Assembly: GCA_965225855.1 (NCBI GenBank)
Contig: CBDDCK010000005.1
Coordinates: 1,152,001-1,216,000 of the forward strand
Source of the DNA: Spirochaetia bacterium
GTDB lineage: Bacteria > Spirochaetota > Spirochaetia > SP-2023
Length of the DNA stretch: 64,000 bases
Direction of reading: 5' to 3'
The notes under the pieces were generated by a model, which was given only the letters and a program-made list of their open reading frames with translations, made no database searches and was not told the DNA's origin. Position numbers and translations under genes: made by a program. The stretch's first letter is position 1. Each line of letters opens with the position of its first letter. Below are positions 19,891-32,200 of this stretch, in pieces.

Positions 19891-20883
19891 ATGGATCAAA
19901 GTTTCAAGCAAGAACAAAGAGATTATATTACCAAGCAAAATGGTACAGAGCCTGCTTTTCTTAACGCTTATTGGGACCATTATGCGCCTGGGCTCTATGT
20001 TGATCCATATACTGGGCAAGTATTATTTGCCTCAATTCATAAATATGATTCTGGTTCGGGTTGGCCTAGTTTTTATAAGGCTGTCCACCACAATGCGCTG
20101 GAATTTTTAGAAGATTACAGTTTGGGTATGAAACGCACGGAAGTGCGCAGTCGTAGTTCTAATTCTCATTTGGGGCATGTATTTGATGATGGTTTTTTGC
20201 CATCTGGCAAGCGTTATTGTATTAATTCTGCTGCTTTGGATTTTGTGGGAGCAAAAACGGCTAGAGAAACTCTTCCCAGATATGCTGCGTTGTTCGTGGA
20301 AAACCCCCAAAATCCCAAGGAAAATATTTTGGTAACGGGTTTGGAAGAAGCCGAGCCTTTATTTGCTACTGCTATTTTTGCTGGAGGATGTTTTTGGTGC
20401 ACCGAAGCAACTTTTGAAAAACAAGAAGGCGTGATGAAAGTACTAAGTGGCTATACCGGTGGTACTGTGCCCAATCCCAGTTATCGGGAAGTTTGTCGCG
20501 GTACTACAGGGCACTATGAAGCGGTTCTTATTTTGTACCAGCCAGCCGTTATTGCCTACCAAACTTTGCTAGATATTTTCTGGCGGCAGATTGACCCAAC
20601 CGATAACGGGGGCCAGTTTTACGACCGAGGTAGCCAGTACCGCACAGCAATATTTTATCGCGGGGAAAATGAGCGCATGCTAGCCGAGCAAAGTAAAAAT
20701 AATTTGAGTAAGCAAAAGATCTTTGGTGAACAGCCCATTGTCAGTGAAATATTGCCAGAGCAAACTTTTTATCTTGCAGAAGATGAGCATCAAGATTATT
20801 TTGTCAAAGAAACACTCAAGTACCAAAATTATGTCAAAGCTTCAAAGCGAGGCGATTTTTTGCAGTCCATTTGGAATAAATAA
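19891..20883 (+). CDS. msrAB: Bifunctional methionine sulfoxide reductase MsrB-MsrA
   Basis: SGSGWPSF, HLGHVF, RYCINS (MsrB) followed by AGGCFWC, GQFYDRGSQYR (MsrA). Confidence 0.95.
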   Translation: MDQSFKQEQRDYITKQNGTEPAFLNAYWDHYAPGLYVDPYTGQVLFASIHKYDSGSGWPSFYKAVHHNALEFLEDYSLGMKRTEVRSRSSNSHLGHVFDDGFLPSGKRYCINSAALDFVGAKTARETLPRYAALFVENPQNPKENILVTGLEEAEPLFATAIFAGGCFWCTEATFEKQEGVMKVLSGYTGGTVPNPSYREVCRGTTGHYEAVLILYQPAVIAYQTLLDIFWRQIDPTDNGGQFYDRGSQYRTAIFYRGENERMLAEQSKNNLSKQKIFGEQPIVSEILPEQTFYLAEDEHQDYFVKETLKYQNYVKASKRGDFLQSIWNK

Positions 20884-20984
20884 CAAGTATTTTGGATTTT
20901 GGCAAAAGCAGCCTTGATAAAAAACTTACCAAGGCTGCTATTGGCCAATGCAAGCGCAGTTAAACAAAACCCTACTTACCCAAT

Positions 20985-22799
20985 TTAAAACTTGTATATA
21001 CTACTAGTGGTTGAGTCTTCTGGACTACCCATTGTAAATCCTGCTGCTCCTTCAAGTTTGTATTCACCATTATCATCACTATAACCAGCCTTAACCAGTA
21101 TCTTCTCGACTTCCGCTTTTATACTACCGCTTAAAGTAATCAATAATTTTTTTGTACTTGCTGTAGAACCTTCGGCTCTGTTTACACCTGCAGTTGCGTG
21201 CTGGGGTAATGTGTATCTCTTCTTACCATCACCGGATACAAGCGTCAATTTGCTAAAGTCCCACTCTGCAATTGTTGTCGGTAAACGGCCACCTCTAATC
21301 TGTAACAAGCCTGTATTAGCATTGTAGTATACTTCGTCGATATAACTTACATACCCACTAACGGTAATAGGGTTATTGCTTGTGTCTTCAGCCCTACCAC
21401 CTGCAAATCCTGCTGATGCTTCCAGGTTGTATGCACCAGTATCATCACTATCACCATTCTTAACCAATATAGCACCGGCTTTTAATTGTTCACTACCCGT
21501 TAAAGTAATCGTTAAGCTTGTTGCACTTGCTGCAGAACCTTTGACTAAATAGTTGTCCTGGGATAATGTGTATTTCTTCTTACCATCACCGGATACAAGC
21601 GTCAATTTGCTAAAGTCCCAGCCTGTAACTGCTTTTGGTAAATTAGTACCTGTAATCACTAACACGCCTGTATTAGCATTGTAGGTTGCACTGGTAATTG
21701 CGGGTGGGTGTCCACTAACGGCCAAGGCTTTGGCTGTATTTAAACCCGCCCAAGTACCAGTGCCAACGCTAAGCAACCCATCTTTTAGACCATTGCTATC
21801 CATACCTGTCTTGCCATTCAGAGTAGCTTTATGTCGATCGGTAAGGTAAAGCCAAAGCGCTGTGCCATCGCTTTTAATGCGGTATTTACCTTTTGCAAGA
21901 CCGCGACTATCTGGCCCAGTGGCTGTGGCATCTGCAATATAGGAACTTAAGGCTAAGCCATCTACCACGATAGTTTGGATTTGTGCTTGGGTCGCACTGG
22001 TAGCATTTAAGTTAGAACCTTGTAAAGTTAACAGCGCCGTGCCAACATTGTAGCTTGCACGGGTAATTGCAGCTTCTTCGGTTTCGGTCTTAGACTGCTG
22101 ATCTTCGACTTGTTCGGTTTGTTCGGCTTCGGGTAGTTCAGGCGACTGCTGTTCGACTTGTTCAGCTTGTTCGACTTGTTCGTCTTTAGGTTGCTTAGGC
22201 GACTCTTCTTCAGCTTGTTCGACTTGTTTGTCTTTAGGTTGCTTAGGCGACTCTTCTTCAGCTTGTTCGACTTGTTTGTCTTTAGGTTGCTTAGGCGACT
22301 TATCTTCGGCTTCGGTCTCAGACTGCTTATCGGGTACATTACTAACGTCCAAGTCTTTGGCTGTATTTAAACCCGCCCAAGCACCAGAGCCAACGCTAAG
22401 CAACCCTTTTTTTAGACCATTGCTATCCATACCTTTCTTGCCATTCAGAGTAGCTTTATGTCGATCGGTAAGTTTCAGCCAAAGCGCTGTGCCATCGCTT
22501 TTAATACGGTACTTACCTTTTGCAAGACTGCGACTATCTGGCCCAGTGGCTGGGTCATCTGCAGTATAGGAATCTAAGGCTACACCATCTACTACGATGG
22601 TTTGGATTTGGGCTTCTGTAGGACTTAAGTTAGAACCTTGTACGGTTAACAGAGCCGTAGCAAAGTCGTAGATGGCGTTATTGATAGTCGACTTAGACGG
22701 CCCAGAAGACGGCGCATCGTCATCGGGTGGTGCGCAGGCCAAGGCCATAAAGGCCAGTAGCAATGCTACTGGCAATAAAAATAGTTTGAGCTTATACAT
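20985..22799 (-). CDS. Surface lipoprotein, paralog family member 2
   Basis: Same RBS, lipobox (MALAC) and domain layout as 4290-6110. Linker has 3x48-bp repeats (~22161-22298). Confidence 0.85.
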   Translation of the reverse strand: MYKLKLFLLPVALLLAFMALACAPPDDDAPSSGPSKSTINNAIYDFATALLTVQGSNLSPTEAQIQTIVVDGVALDSYTADDPATGPDSRSLAKGKYRIKSDGTALWLKLTDRHKATLNGKKGMDSNGLKKGLLSVGSGAWAGLNTAKDLDVSNVPDKQSETEAEDKSPKQPKDKQVEQAEEESPKQPKDKQVEQAEEESPKQPKDEQVEQAEQVEQQSPELPEAEQTEQVEDQQSKTETEEAAITRASYNVGTALLTLQGSNLNATSATQAQIQTIVVDGLALSSYIADATATGPDSRGLAKGKYRIKSDGTALWLYLTDRHKATLNGKTGMDSNGLKDGLLSVGTGTWAGLNTAKALAVSGHPPAITSATYNANTGVLVITGTNLPKAVTGWDFSKLTLVSGDGKKKYTLSQDNYLVKGSAASATSLTITLTGSEQLKAGAILVKNGDSDDTGAYNLEASAGFAGGRAEDTSNNPITVSGYVSYIDEVYYNANTGLLQIRGGRLPTTIAEWDFSKLTLVSGDGKKRYTLPQHATAGVNRAEGSTASTKKLLITLSGSIKAEVEKILVKAGYSDDNGEYKLEGAAGFTMGSPEDSTTSSIYKF

Positions 22800-22862
22800 A
22801 AGCAATACCTCCAAAAATGGATAAAGATTGGCCAACCCATACGGGCTAGTCTGTAAATCCCT

Positions 22863-22889
22863 ATTTTGCTAGGGGGGGTGTTGCGTCAA
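22863..22889 (-). promoter_or_regulatory. Putative sigma70 promoter TTGACG-N15(C7)-CAAAAT
   Basis: Reverse complement reads ttgacgcaacaccccccctagcaaaat, identical to 61598-61624. Confidence 0.55.
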
Positions 22890-23270
22890 GGCCCATATAA
22901 GCTTTTTGTAAGTTTTTTTGTGCTTTTTTTATGTTTGGGGCACTTTTTTTGTGTGTTAGTGTTGTTTTTTAGTGTTGTAAGGTAGTTAAAAATCCATGCC
23001 AATCAAAAGGCTTGTGGGTGTTGAAATCAAAAGGCTTAAGGGCCTTTGTTTGGCCTTTGGGGTGGGAAAGTGTAGAATTGAATAAAATACTTGATTACAC
23101 TTCGATTACACTATGGGGCAATCTCCAAAAGGTGAAACATTTAATGAAAATGAAAACAGGATATTATTCTTTCAGGGGCGTTCAGAATTTGGGCAACGAT
23201 TGCCGATGATTGTTGTATAGGTCGTGGATTATGTGCCGATGTAGAAAATTTCATTAAAGACTAGGGTATT

Positions 23271-23392
23271 AATAGGTGGGAGGTAATTCTATTGATAGAT
23301 TTAGGTCAATTCTATCAATAGGTGCGAGGTAAATCTATTGATAGAATTAGGTCGATTCTATTATATAGGTGAGAGGTAATTCTATTGATAGA
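23271..23392. repeat. Array of alternating 23-bp imperfect palindromes (46-47-bp period, ~2.6 units)
   Basis: aataggtgggaggtaattctatt / gatagatttaggtcaattctatc repeated from 23271, 23317 and 23364. Confidence 0.8.
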
Positions 23393-23887
23393 GGGGGCTG
23401 GGGTATTTATTTATCGGTATTGTTCTGCTTTAGCCTTAGCTAAAATTTCTTTTACCAGCCTATCATTAATAATCGTTTGGCTATGTTTTAGGGTTTTTTA
23501 TCTGAAGCCCTTTCGCCTTTACCTTGCGGCTCTTCTGGATATATACCGAAAGCGCTTTGCGCAAACAACTTTGGCCATACAGTGTTGATCGGGTTTGTTG
23601 CTTTGGGGTGTTGGGTGGGGCTGGGGCAGTTATTGGGTGGGGGGCTATTGTTGCTTTTTAATTATTTATCTGCTATGGAGACGATATAAGTGAGCAGACT
23701 AAATTAGAGCTATCCCAAGAAAGCTAAAGAAGAAACGAAACGCCTAGAAGTATTTACTAAAGTAACTCATCGTTAGCTTACAGAGGACAAAATAAATGCC
23801 ATACATGAGCCCAAATGCTGCAAATATTCAAACCAGAAGACAAGACTAAGACAAGGCTTATTTTCTAGGCGATACAATAATTGAAAG

Positions 23888-24505
23888 TCAAAACTTTTCC
23901 AAGAATTCATTGTATCGATATTCATACAAATCCAATTCTTCTTGCTGTTTTGCTTTTAATTCATCTAAATACATTTTATCTAAAATCTTGTAGCGCAATT
24001 GTTTTTCCAGCATCACCATCGTTTGTTGATTTTGCCATACACTCCGCTGCGGGCTCAATTGATTTGGGTTGCCATAATTTTGGGCCAATTTGCGAAAAAT
24101 TTGGTCATAGGAACTCCATTGCAAATCCAGAAAAATCGTAATCGCTACCAGTTTGGGCTCTGAATCCTCTCCTGAAACGACAAACTGAAATAACCCTTTA
24201 TCGACAAAACCATTGCCTTGCACTTCAATCAGAGTTTGCCTTCCTTCTTCAATTTCTGAAAGGTACTCGTCATATAAAAAATGGTAATAACCATCTGGCA
24301 AAGTATCATCGTTTTTATTTTCTTTTCTACTAATTTGCTTGCGAAATTGCTCAATCGTTTGGCCTAGCTCTATCCCAATAAAACTTCGCTTCAAATCTTG
24401 GCTAGTTACTACAGTTTGGGAAGGTTCTTGACTTATCAGCAAAGAACTTAAATGGGAAGATAAAACTAGCAATAAAATAAATTTACAATAAAAACAATAC
24501 TTCAT
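23888..24505 (-). CDS. Hypothetical exported protein
   Basis: 205-aa ORF with signal-peptide-like N-terminus. No family recognised. Confidence 0.7.
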   Translation of the reverse strand: MKYCFYCKFILLLVLSSHLSSLLISQEPSQTVVTSQDLKRSFIGIELGQTIEQFRKQISRKENKNDDTLPDGYYHFLYDEYLSEIEEGRQTLIEVQGNGFVDKGLFQFVVSGEDSEPKLVAITIFLDLQWSSYDQIFRKLAQNYGNPNQLSPQRSVWQNQQTMVMLEKQLRYKILDKMYLDELKAKQQEELDLYEYRYNEFLEKF

Positions 24506-24716
24506 TTACAATGGACCAAACCTAAACACATCATCATGAAAATTAAAGATAAAAATAAAATCGCCGTTTATTCTAGCTCTAACGGTTATATTTGACAAAC
24601 ACTTTACAGAAAAGATTGATTTTAGAACTTAGCACAATTTAAATTTAAAAACTATTTATTGTAATTTTATTAAAAAAACAATAATATAGTGCATAAACTT
24701 AATTAGAGGAGCTTTT

Positions 24717-26915
24717 ATGCCAACAGTCGATATTCCAATGTTTTTTTGGTTAATACCTTCCTGCGCCTTAGCAGCAATTATTACTGCATATATATTATAT
24801 AAGTGGTCAGCCGGGCACAGTGAAGGTACAGAAAAGATGAAACAAATAGCAGAATCTGTACGTTTAGGTGCTATGGCCTATTTACGTCAACAATATCGGG
24901 TAATGTCTTTATTTTTTATCGTTATTGCAATTTTATTTTTGGTTTCTGCTTTGACTTCTACTATTAGTTTATGGACACCATTGATTTTTCTTAGTGGTGG
25001 TATTTTTTCCGCATTGGCTGGGTATTTCGGTATGAAGACAGCCACTATGGCTTCAGCCCGTACGGCAGCAGCAGCTCAAAAATCCTTAAACTCTGGTTTG
25101 ACACTAGCATTTCGCTCTGGCGGGGTAATGGGCTTAGTTGTGGTTGGTTTGGGCTTATTTATGGTTTCTGTTTGGTACATTATACTGAACGGTTCTATGC
25201 AAATAAAAAGCTCATCTGATTTAGGCTTTTTGACTACAACCATTTTAAGCTTTGGTATGGGGGCTTCATTGCAAGCTTTATTTGCCCGAGTAGGGGGCGG
25301 TATTTTTACCAAAGCTGCCGATGTTGGCGGAGACTTAGTGGGCAAAGTGGAAGCAGGTATTCCAGAAGATGACCCGCGCAACCCTGCTGTTATTGCAGAT
25401 AATGTGGGTGATAATGTGGGCGATGTTGCTGGTATGGGAGCCGATTTATTTGAATCTTATGTGGGCTCGATTTTAGCTGCGGGTACTTTGGGGGTTATTG
25501 CCTATACCGGTCTGGAAATGCAATGGAAAGCGGCCTTAGCACCTTTACTCATTTCTGGGCTGGGTATTTTGCTCTCCATAGTGGGTATTTTTTTAGTGCA
25601 CAGCCTCCCTGATGCGGGACAAAAAGAATTGATGAGAGCCTTAGATCGAGGTATTTATTTCAGCACCATCAGCACCGCTTTGGGAGTATTTTTATTGCTC
25701 TATTTGATTGGTTTAGGAAACTGGTTGCAAATTTCTCTAACTGTGGTGATTGGCCTTTTAGTTGGCATAATTGTTGGCAAAGGTACCGAGTATGCGACTT
25801 CTGATGAATTTAAGCCCACCCAAAATTTAGCAGCCAGTGCCGCCTCCGATCCAGCTACCCTAATTATTAACGGTATTGGCAATGGCATGATTTCTACTCT
25901 TTTGCCGGTAATTACCGTGGCTGCCGGTATCATACTTTCCTTTGGTATTGCGGCCGATTGGCAATTTAATGCTGAAAATGTAGTCAATGGTCTCTACGGT
26001 ATCAGCATTGCTGCTGTGGGAATGCTTTCCACTTTAGGGATTACTTTGGCTTCCGATGCTTATGGTCCAATTGCCGACAATGCCGGTGGAAACGCAGAAA
26101 TGGCTGGTCTGCAAAAAGAAGTGCGCAAACGCACCGATGCTTTGGATTCTCTTGGCAATACCACAGCTGCCATTGGCAAAGGTTTTGCCATTGGTTCTGC
26201 AGCTTTGACAGCTTTGGCTCTTTTGGCTTCTTATCTACAGTCTGTGCGTCAAGTTTTATTAAATAGTGGTTCCACTCGTATTGAAATTGGCAATGAAACT
26301 GTAGAAACGGCTACAGCAACCTTTGAACAGATTTTAAATTATTTTGGTGCTAGTTTTATGAACCCATTGACTTTAGTAGGTTTTTTTATTGGTACGGTTG
26401 TTTCTTTCTATTTCTGTGGCTTGACGATGAAAGCAGTAGGTCGTGCCGCAATGTTAATGGTCGATGAAGTTCGCCGCCAATTCCGTGAGATTCCCGGTAT
26501 TATGGATGGCACAGGCAAGCCGGATTATGCAAACTGTGTAACCATTGCCACAAAAGGGGCCCAAAAAGAAATGCTGATACCAGCAGTTATTGCTGTACTA
26601 ACACCAATTATTACAGGTTGGCTACTTGGGGTGGGGGCTGTGTTGGGTCTATTAGTTGGGGCACTATGTGCTTGTTTTACTTTGGCGATTTTTATGGCCA
26701 ATACCGGAGGTTCATGGGATAACGCCAAAAAATATATTGAAACAGGTAAATACGGTGGCAAAGGTTCTCCTTCGCACAAAGCAGCCGTCATTGGAGATAC
26801 TGTAGGGGATCCATTTAAAGATACATCGGGCCCTAGCTTAAATATTTTAATTAAGCTGATGAGTATGGTAGCAATTGCCACTGCAAGCATTTCAACGCTA
26901 TACAATATTGTATAG
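24717..26915 (+). CDS. hppA: Membrane-bound ion-translocating pyrophosphatase, K+-dependent type (probably Na+-pumping)
   Basis: [45 protein letters not shown] carries the Ala of K+-dependent enzymes. Confidence 0.96.
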   Translation: MPTVDIPMFFWLIPSCALAAIITAYILYKWSAGHSEGTEKMKQIAESVRLGAMAYLRQQYRVMSLFFIVIAILFLVSALTSTISLWTPLIFLSGGIFSALAGYFGMKTATMASARTAAAAQKSLNSGLTLAFRSGGVMGLVVVGLGLFMVSVWYIILNGSMQIKSSSDLGFLTTTILSFGMGASLQALFARVGGGIFTKAADVGGDLVGKVEAGIPEDDPRNPAVIADNVGDNVGDVAGMGADLFESYVGSILAAGTLGVIAYTGLEMQWKAALAPLLISGLGILLSIVGIFLVHSLPDAGQKELMRALDRGIYFSTISTALGVFLLLYLIGLGNWLQISLTVVIGLLVGIIVGKGTEYATSDEFKPTQNLAASAASDPATLIINGIGNGMISTLLPVITVAAGIILSFGIAADWQFNAENVVNGLYGISIAAVGMLSTLGITLASDAYGPIADNAGGNAEMAGLQKEVRKRTDALDSLGNTTAAIGKGFAIGSAALTALALLASYLQSVRQVLLNSGSTRIEIGNETVETATATFEQILNYFGASFMNPLTLVGFFIGTVVSFYFCGLTMKAVGRAAMLMVDEVRRQFREIPGIMDGTGKPDYANCVTIATKGAQKEMLIPAVIAVLTPIITGWLLGVGAVLGLLVGALCACFTLAIFMANTGGSWDNAKKYIETGKYGGKGSPSHKAAVIGDTVGDPFKDTSGPSLNILIKLMSMVAIATASISTLYNIV

Positions 26916-26984
26916 CGTTGAAATGCTTGCAGGAGTTCAAATTTTGAACTCCTTTTCTATAGCAAAAAATTTTGTGACAAAAAA

Positions 26985-28271
26985 CTAATCCAATTCTAAG
27001 TTACTTTCTTCATCACAGTTTAATTTCAACTTTTTTTGCCTATACTTGTTCGTTTTATCTTTTTTGGTTTTTTGTTGGCGATCGTTTAGTTGAGTGTTAT
27101 ATTTGCCAAAATCTTTGCCCTGAGTTTGGTATTTTGGTTTTTCATAAAAACTATTTTCTAAATCATTGTAAAGATTCAAATAAGAAAGATAACGCTGTTC
27201 TGCAATCATTTGATAATCTGCGGCATCACGCACAGCACAATCTGGCTCGTTGCGGTGTTGGCAACTGCTGTAAGCGCAAATTTTGCGTAAACTGTGGAAT
27301 TCAGGATAGTAGTCTTGTAACTGTGGTAATTCCTCTAGGTTCATTTCTGGTAAAAAATTGCGCATACCCGGGGTATCGATCAAACGGTAAGGCTGACCGT
27401 TGTGATACTGAAGCAGGGTACGTGCTAAAACAGTAGTATGGACCCCTCGCTGCCATTTTTGTGAAATGGCACTGGTTTCCTGTAATTGTTGAGGAAACCA
27501 ATAATTACACAAACTAGATTTACCCACTCCAGATGCGCCTAAAATTGCATATAATTTTCCACCGAAGGTTTGGTATAATTTTTGTAACCACATGCGAGAG
27601 GGCCATAAGTAAACCCAGCGCAGCCATGTCTGTACTAATAAATGGCATAAATTCTTGGACTTTTTGAGTTTTAAATTTTCTGGCTGTGTATTGGTGTTGG
27701 CTAAATTGCTTATATCGGTATGGGGTTGCAAATACTTCATGGAAATTGGCCAAAGCTCTATACCTAAATTATAATTCAAGCTCCGATACAAGCGCAAAAA
27801 CTTACGGAAACGATTTAGGTCTTTAAAATTGCTGATACAATCTATTTTATTTAACAGAATTACCGTTGGACAAGCAGTGCGCTGTGTTGCCACTAATAAG
27901 CGGTCCAGAAATGCTGTTCGCAATGGTGGTTCAGACCACGATACCAATAAAATAATGCCATCAATATTTGCGGCAAAAGTTTGGGGTTCTCCACGTTTTA
28001 TATTGCGTCTTTGCAAAGCATTATACCGCTTGATACGATCGTAAATTAAACCTTGATTCTCTTTAGTAGGGGTAAGTAGAACAAAGTCCCCGCAGATTAA
28101 CGGATTGTGCTCTAAAGATTTTTGTTTGAGTATTTTGCCTCGCAAGCGGCACTGTCGTTCACGCCCATCTTGGCAACTTATCTGGAAGATGTTATTTGCT
28201 CCCCACAGTACTTGCCCCACCAGATCACCCGGCTTTTCAAGCTGGTATGATAGTTTTTTTCCTTGCCACAC
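26985..28271 (-). CDS. rsgA: Ribosome small subunit-dependent GTPase A
   Basis: OB-fold start, NKID, GASGVGKSS, GVHTT, DTPG, CxxxxCxHxxExxC zinc motif. Confidence 0.93.
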   Translation of the reverse strand: MWQGKKLSYQLEKPGDLVGQVLWGANNIFQISCQDGRERQCRLRGKILKQKSLEHNPLICGDFVLLTPTKENQGLIYDRIKRYNALQRRNIKRGEPQTFAANIDGIILLVSWSEPPLRTAFLDRLLVATQRTACPTVILLNKIDCISNFKDLNRFRKFLRLYRSLNYNLGIELWPISMKYLQPHTDISNLANTNTQPENLKLKKSKNLCHLLVQTWLRWVYLWPSRMWLQKLYQTFGGKLYAILGASGVGKSSLCNYWFPQQLQETSAISQKWQRGVHTTVLARTLLQYHNGQPYRLIDTPGMRNFLPEMNLEELPQLQDYYPEFHSLRKICAYSSCQHRNEPDCAVRDAADYQMIAEQRYLSYLNLYNDLENSFYEKPKYQTQGKDFGKYNTQLNDRQQKTKKDKTNKYRQKKLKLNCDEESNLELD

Positions 28272-29113
28272 TATGATATACCAATCGCAGAATAAGGCAA
28301 TAGTTGTAAGTGCATCTTAAAACTCATTCCCCAGTATCGCCAATGGTAGCCATCATCTTTGGTTAGCAACAATAAATGGGGCTTATGCTGGCTGGATTCT
28401 GTCTTATTTTCTAACAAGCTTTGCAAACGGTGGTAAACGCCGGCAACGGAATCTACCAATTTTATATTTGAGTCAGAATCGAGGCCAGATGCTTGTAGTT
28501 GAGAACGCAATTGCTCTTTCACATGCAAGAAGTGAGTACAGCCCAAAACAACTTGGTCGGCACCAGAATCTAGTATCGGCTGGATAAAAGGGGCTATCGC
28601 TTGTGCTGCTGCTTTTGTTGCATCTTTTGTTAGTGCGGCCGGGCCCGGCCGCCAATGTTGTTCAATAAATTCGATCAAACTAGCAGCGTTGATAGCCTCC
28701 AGCTTACAGTCTGTGGCAAACTGCTTGTGCAGCTTGGCAACATAATCGGCTTGACTGGTACTACGCGAAGCGAGCATGGCAATTTTGCGACTTTTGGAGG
28801 CTGCGGCTGCGGGCTTTATGGCCGGAACAGTGCCTATAAATTGTTTTTGCGGAAAGCGATAACGAAGTTCATCTAAAGCCAATACAGTTGCGGTGTTGCA
28901 CAGCAATAATACCAGCCGGCAAGGGTAGCGGGATAAAGCCAAAGCAATTACTTGGCAAATGCGTTCTCGCAGTTGGCTTTGCGGTTGTTCACCAAAAGGG
29001 AAATAAGCATTGTCGGCTAGGTAAATCCAGCGCATGGGCAGTTGGCGTAAATGGTGTAAATAGGCCAAGCCACCTATACCAGAGTCAAAACAAAGAACAG
29101 TTTCCATTTCCAA
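28271..29113 (-). CDS. murI: Glutamate racemase
   Basis: FDSGIGGL, DNAYFPFG, LCNTAT, VLGCTHF. Confidence 0.95.
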   Translation of the reverse strand: MEMETVLCFDSGIGGLAYLHHLRQLPMRWIYLADNAYFPFGEQPQSQLRERICQVIALALSRYPCRLVLLLCNTATVLALDELRYRFPQKQFIGTVPAIKPAAAASKSRKIAMLASRSTSQADYVAKLHKQFATDCKLEAINAASLIEFIEQHWRPGPAALTKDATKAAAQAIAPFIQPILDSGADQVVLGCTHFLHVKEQLRSQLQASGLDSDSNIKLVDSVAGVYHRLQSLLENKTESSQHKPHLLLLTKDDGYHWRYWGMSFKMHLQLLPYSAIGIS

Positions 29114-29190
29114 GTATTATGCAGATAGCTTGTTGGTTGCCAACCCTAAAAGGGTAGGCCAAAAAACTACACAAAAAGGCTGAAGCCCGT

Positions 29191-29219
29191 TTGACAATAT
29201 GGGCTTTATGCCATATGGT
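29191..29219 (+). promoter_or_regulatory. sigma70 promoter of BspA-like gene 1
   Basis: TTGACA-17 bp-TATGGT. Duplicated at 33386-33414. Confidence 0.7.
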
Positions 29220-29249
29220 AGCCAAATTTTAACTTATAAGGAGTATTGT

Positions 29250-32200
29250 ATGAGAGTATACAATTTCTTGCCCCCGAAAATAACGGCCACTATCCTATGT
29301 GGGCTTTTGCTAGGCTTTGTGCTAGCGGCTTGCAATGCTGTGGCCCAGGCAAGGCCGCAGCATTGTGAAGCCGTTACGTACACCGCCAAGCCCCAAACTA
29401 AGGGCAAGCTCAAGGCCCTAATACGAGAGGCAATCAATAAAGATGGCCCCACCGCCAGCCTAAACCATATCGACACTTCCGCCATTAGCGATATGTCCAG
29501 ACTATTCTATGAGAGCAACTTTAATGGCGATATTCGCTGTTGGAACACCTCCAGCGTTACCAATATGCAAGGCATGTTTTCGTTTGCCGAGGCCTTTAAC
29601 CGTGATATTGGGGCTTGGGACACCTCTAAGGTTGGCAACATGGCAAATATGTTTGCCGGGGCTGCCAGCTTTAACCACGATATAAGTGCGTGGGACACGT
29701 CTAGCCTTGATAGAGGCAATAGCATGTTTACAAAATCGCCACTGCAATACCAGCCCGAATTGTGGCCTAAAAAAACCAGTGGCGTATGGCAACCACGGCG
29801 CGACCTAGAAGCTGCGATTGCCAAGGCCATTGCCAAAGATGGGCTCAACGCCAACCTCAACCATATCGACACCTCTGCCATTACGGATATGTCCTACCTA
29901 TTCTCTTCTAGTGAATTTAACGGCGATATTTCGCAATGGGACACCTCCAGCGTTACCAATATGAGCAGCATGTTTGAGGGTGCCGAGGACTTTAACCAGA
30001 CGATTGGCAACTGGGACACCTCCCGCGTTACCACTATGCAAGGCATGTTTGAGGGTGCCGAGGCCTTTAACCAGTCGATTGGCAACTGGGACACCTCTAG
30101 CGTTACCACTATGAAAAGCATGTTTGAGGGTGCCGAGGACTTTAACCAGACGATTGGCAACTGGGACACCTCCAGCGTTACCAATATGAGCAGCATGTTT
30201 GAGGGTGCCGAGGACTTTAACCAGACGATTGGCAACTGGGACACCTCCAGCGTTACCAATATGAGCAGCATGTTTGAGGGTGCCGAGGACTTTAACCAGA
30301 CGATTGGCAACTGGGACACCTCCCGCGTTACCACTATGCAAGGCATGTTTGAGGGTGCCGAGGCCTTTAACCAGTCGATTGGCAACTGGGACACCTCTAG
30401 CGTTACCACTATGAAAAGCATGTTTGAGGGTGCCGAGGACTTTAACCAGACGATTGGCAACTGGGACACCTCCAGCGTTACCAATATGAGCAGCATGTTT
30501 GAGGGTGCCTGGGCCTTTAACCAGCCGATTGGCGACTGGGACACCTCCAGCGTTACCAATATGGCAGGCATGTTTTATAGTGCCAATTATGGACCTACAG
30601 CCTTTTATGGACCTACAGCCTTTAACCAGCCAATTGGCAACTGGGACACCTCTAGCGTTACCACTATGAAAAGCATGTTTGAGGGTGCCGAGGCCTTTAA
30701 CCAGCCAATTGGCGACTGGGATACCTCTAGCGTTACCACTATGAAAAGCATGTTTGAGGGTGCCGAGGCCTTTAACCAGCCAATTGGCGACTGGGATACC
30801 TCACGCGTTACCAATATGAGCAGCATGTTCTCTAGTGCCAGGGCCTTTAACCAGCCAATTGGCGACTGGGACACCTCCAACGTTACCGATATGTGGGGCA
30901 TGTTTGCGGGTGCCGATGCCTTTAACCAGCCAATTGGCGACTGGGATACCTCACGCGTTACCAATATGGAAGGCATGTTCCGTTATGCCGATGCCTTTAA
31001 CCAGACGATTGGCAACTGGGACACCTCCAGCGTTACCGATATGCGCAGCATGTTTGAGGATGCCGTGGCTTTTAACCAGCCGATTGGCGACTGGGACACC
31101 TCTAGCATTACCGATATGTCGAGCATGTTCTATAATGCCAAGGCCTTTAACCAAGAACTAAGTAGCTGGGACACGTCTAGCCTTGATAGAGGCAATAGCA
31201 TGTTTACAAAATCGCCACTGCAATACCAGCCCGAATTGTGGCCTAAAAAAACCAGTGGCGTATGGCAACCACGGCGCGACCTAGAAGCTGCGATTGCCAA
31301 GGCCATTGCCAAAGATGGGCTCAACGCCAACCTCAACCATATCGACACCTCTGCCATTACGGATATGTCCTACCTATTCTCTTCTAGTGAATTTAACGGC
31401 GATATTTCGCAATGGGACACCTCCAGCGTTACCAATATGGAAGGCATGTTTGATAGTGCCGATGCCTTTAACCAGCCGATTGGCAACTGGGACACCTCCA
31501 GCGTTACCAATATGGAAGGCATGTTCCGTTATGCCGATGCCTTTAACCAGACGATTGGGCAATGGGACACCTCTAGCGTTACCAATATGGAAGGCATGTT
31601 CTATAATGCCGATGCCTTTAACCAGCCGATTGGCGACTGGGACACCTCTAGCGTTACCGATATGAAAGGCATGTTTGCGGGTGCCGATGCCTTTAACCAG
31701 CCGATTGGGGCTTGGGATACCTCACGCGTTACCGATATGAAAGGCATGTTTGCGGGTACCGATGCCTTTAACCAGCCGATTGGGGCTTGGGATACCTCAC
31801 GCGTTACCGATATGAAAGGCATGTTTGCGGGTGCCGATGCCTTTAACCAGCCGATTGGGGCTTGGGATACCTCACGCGTTACCGATATGCGCAGCATGTT
31901 TGATAGTGCCGATGCCTTTAACCAGCCGATTGGGGATTGGGACACCTCTAGCGTTACCACTATGAGCAGCATGTTTGCGTTTGCCAAGGCCTTTAACCAG
32001 CCGATTGGCAACTGGGACACCTCCAGCGTTACCAATATGAGCAGCATGTTTGCGGGTGAATATAATAAACCTACAGCCTTTAACCAGCCGATTGGGGCAT
32101 GGGACACCTCCAGCGTTACCACTATGCGCAGCATGTTTTTTAGTGCCGAGGCCTTTAACCAGCCGATTGGCGACTGGGATACCTCACGCGTTACCGATAT

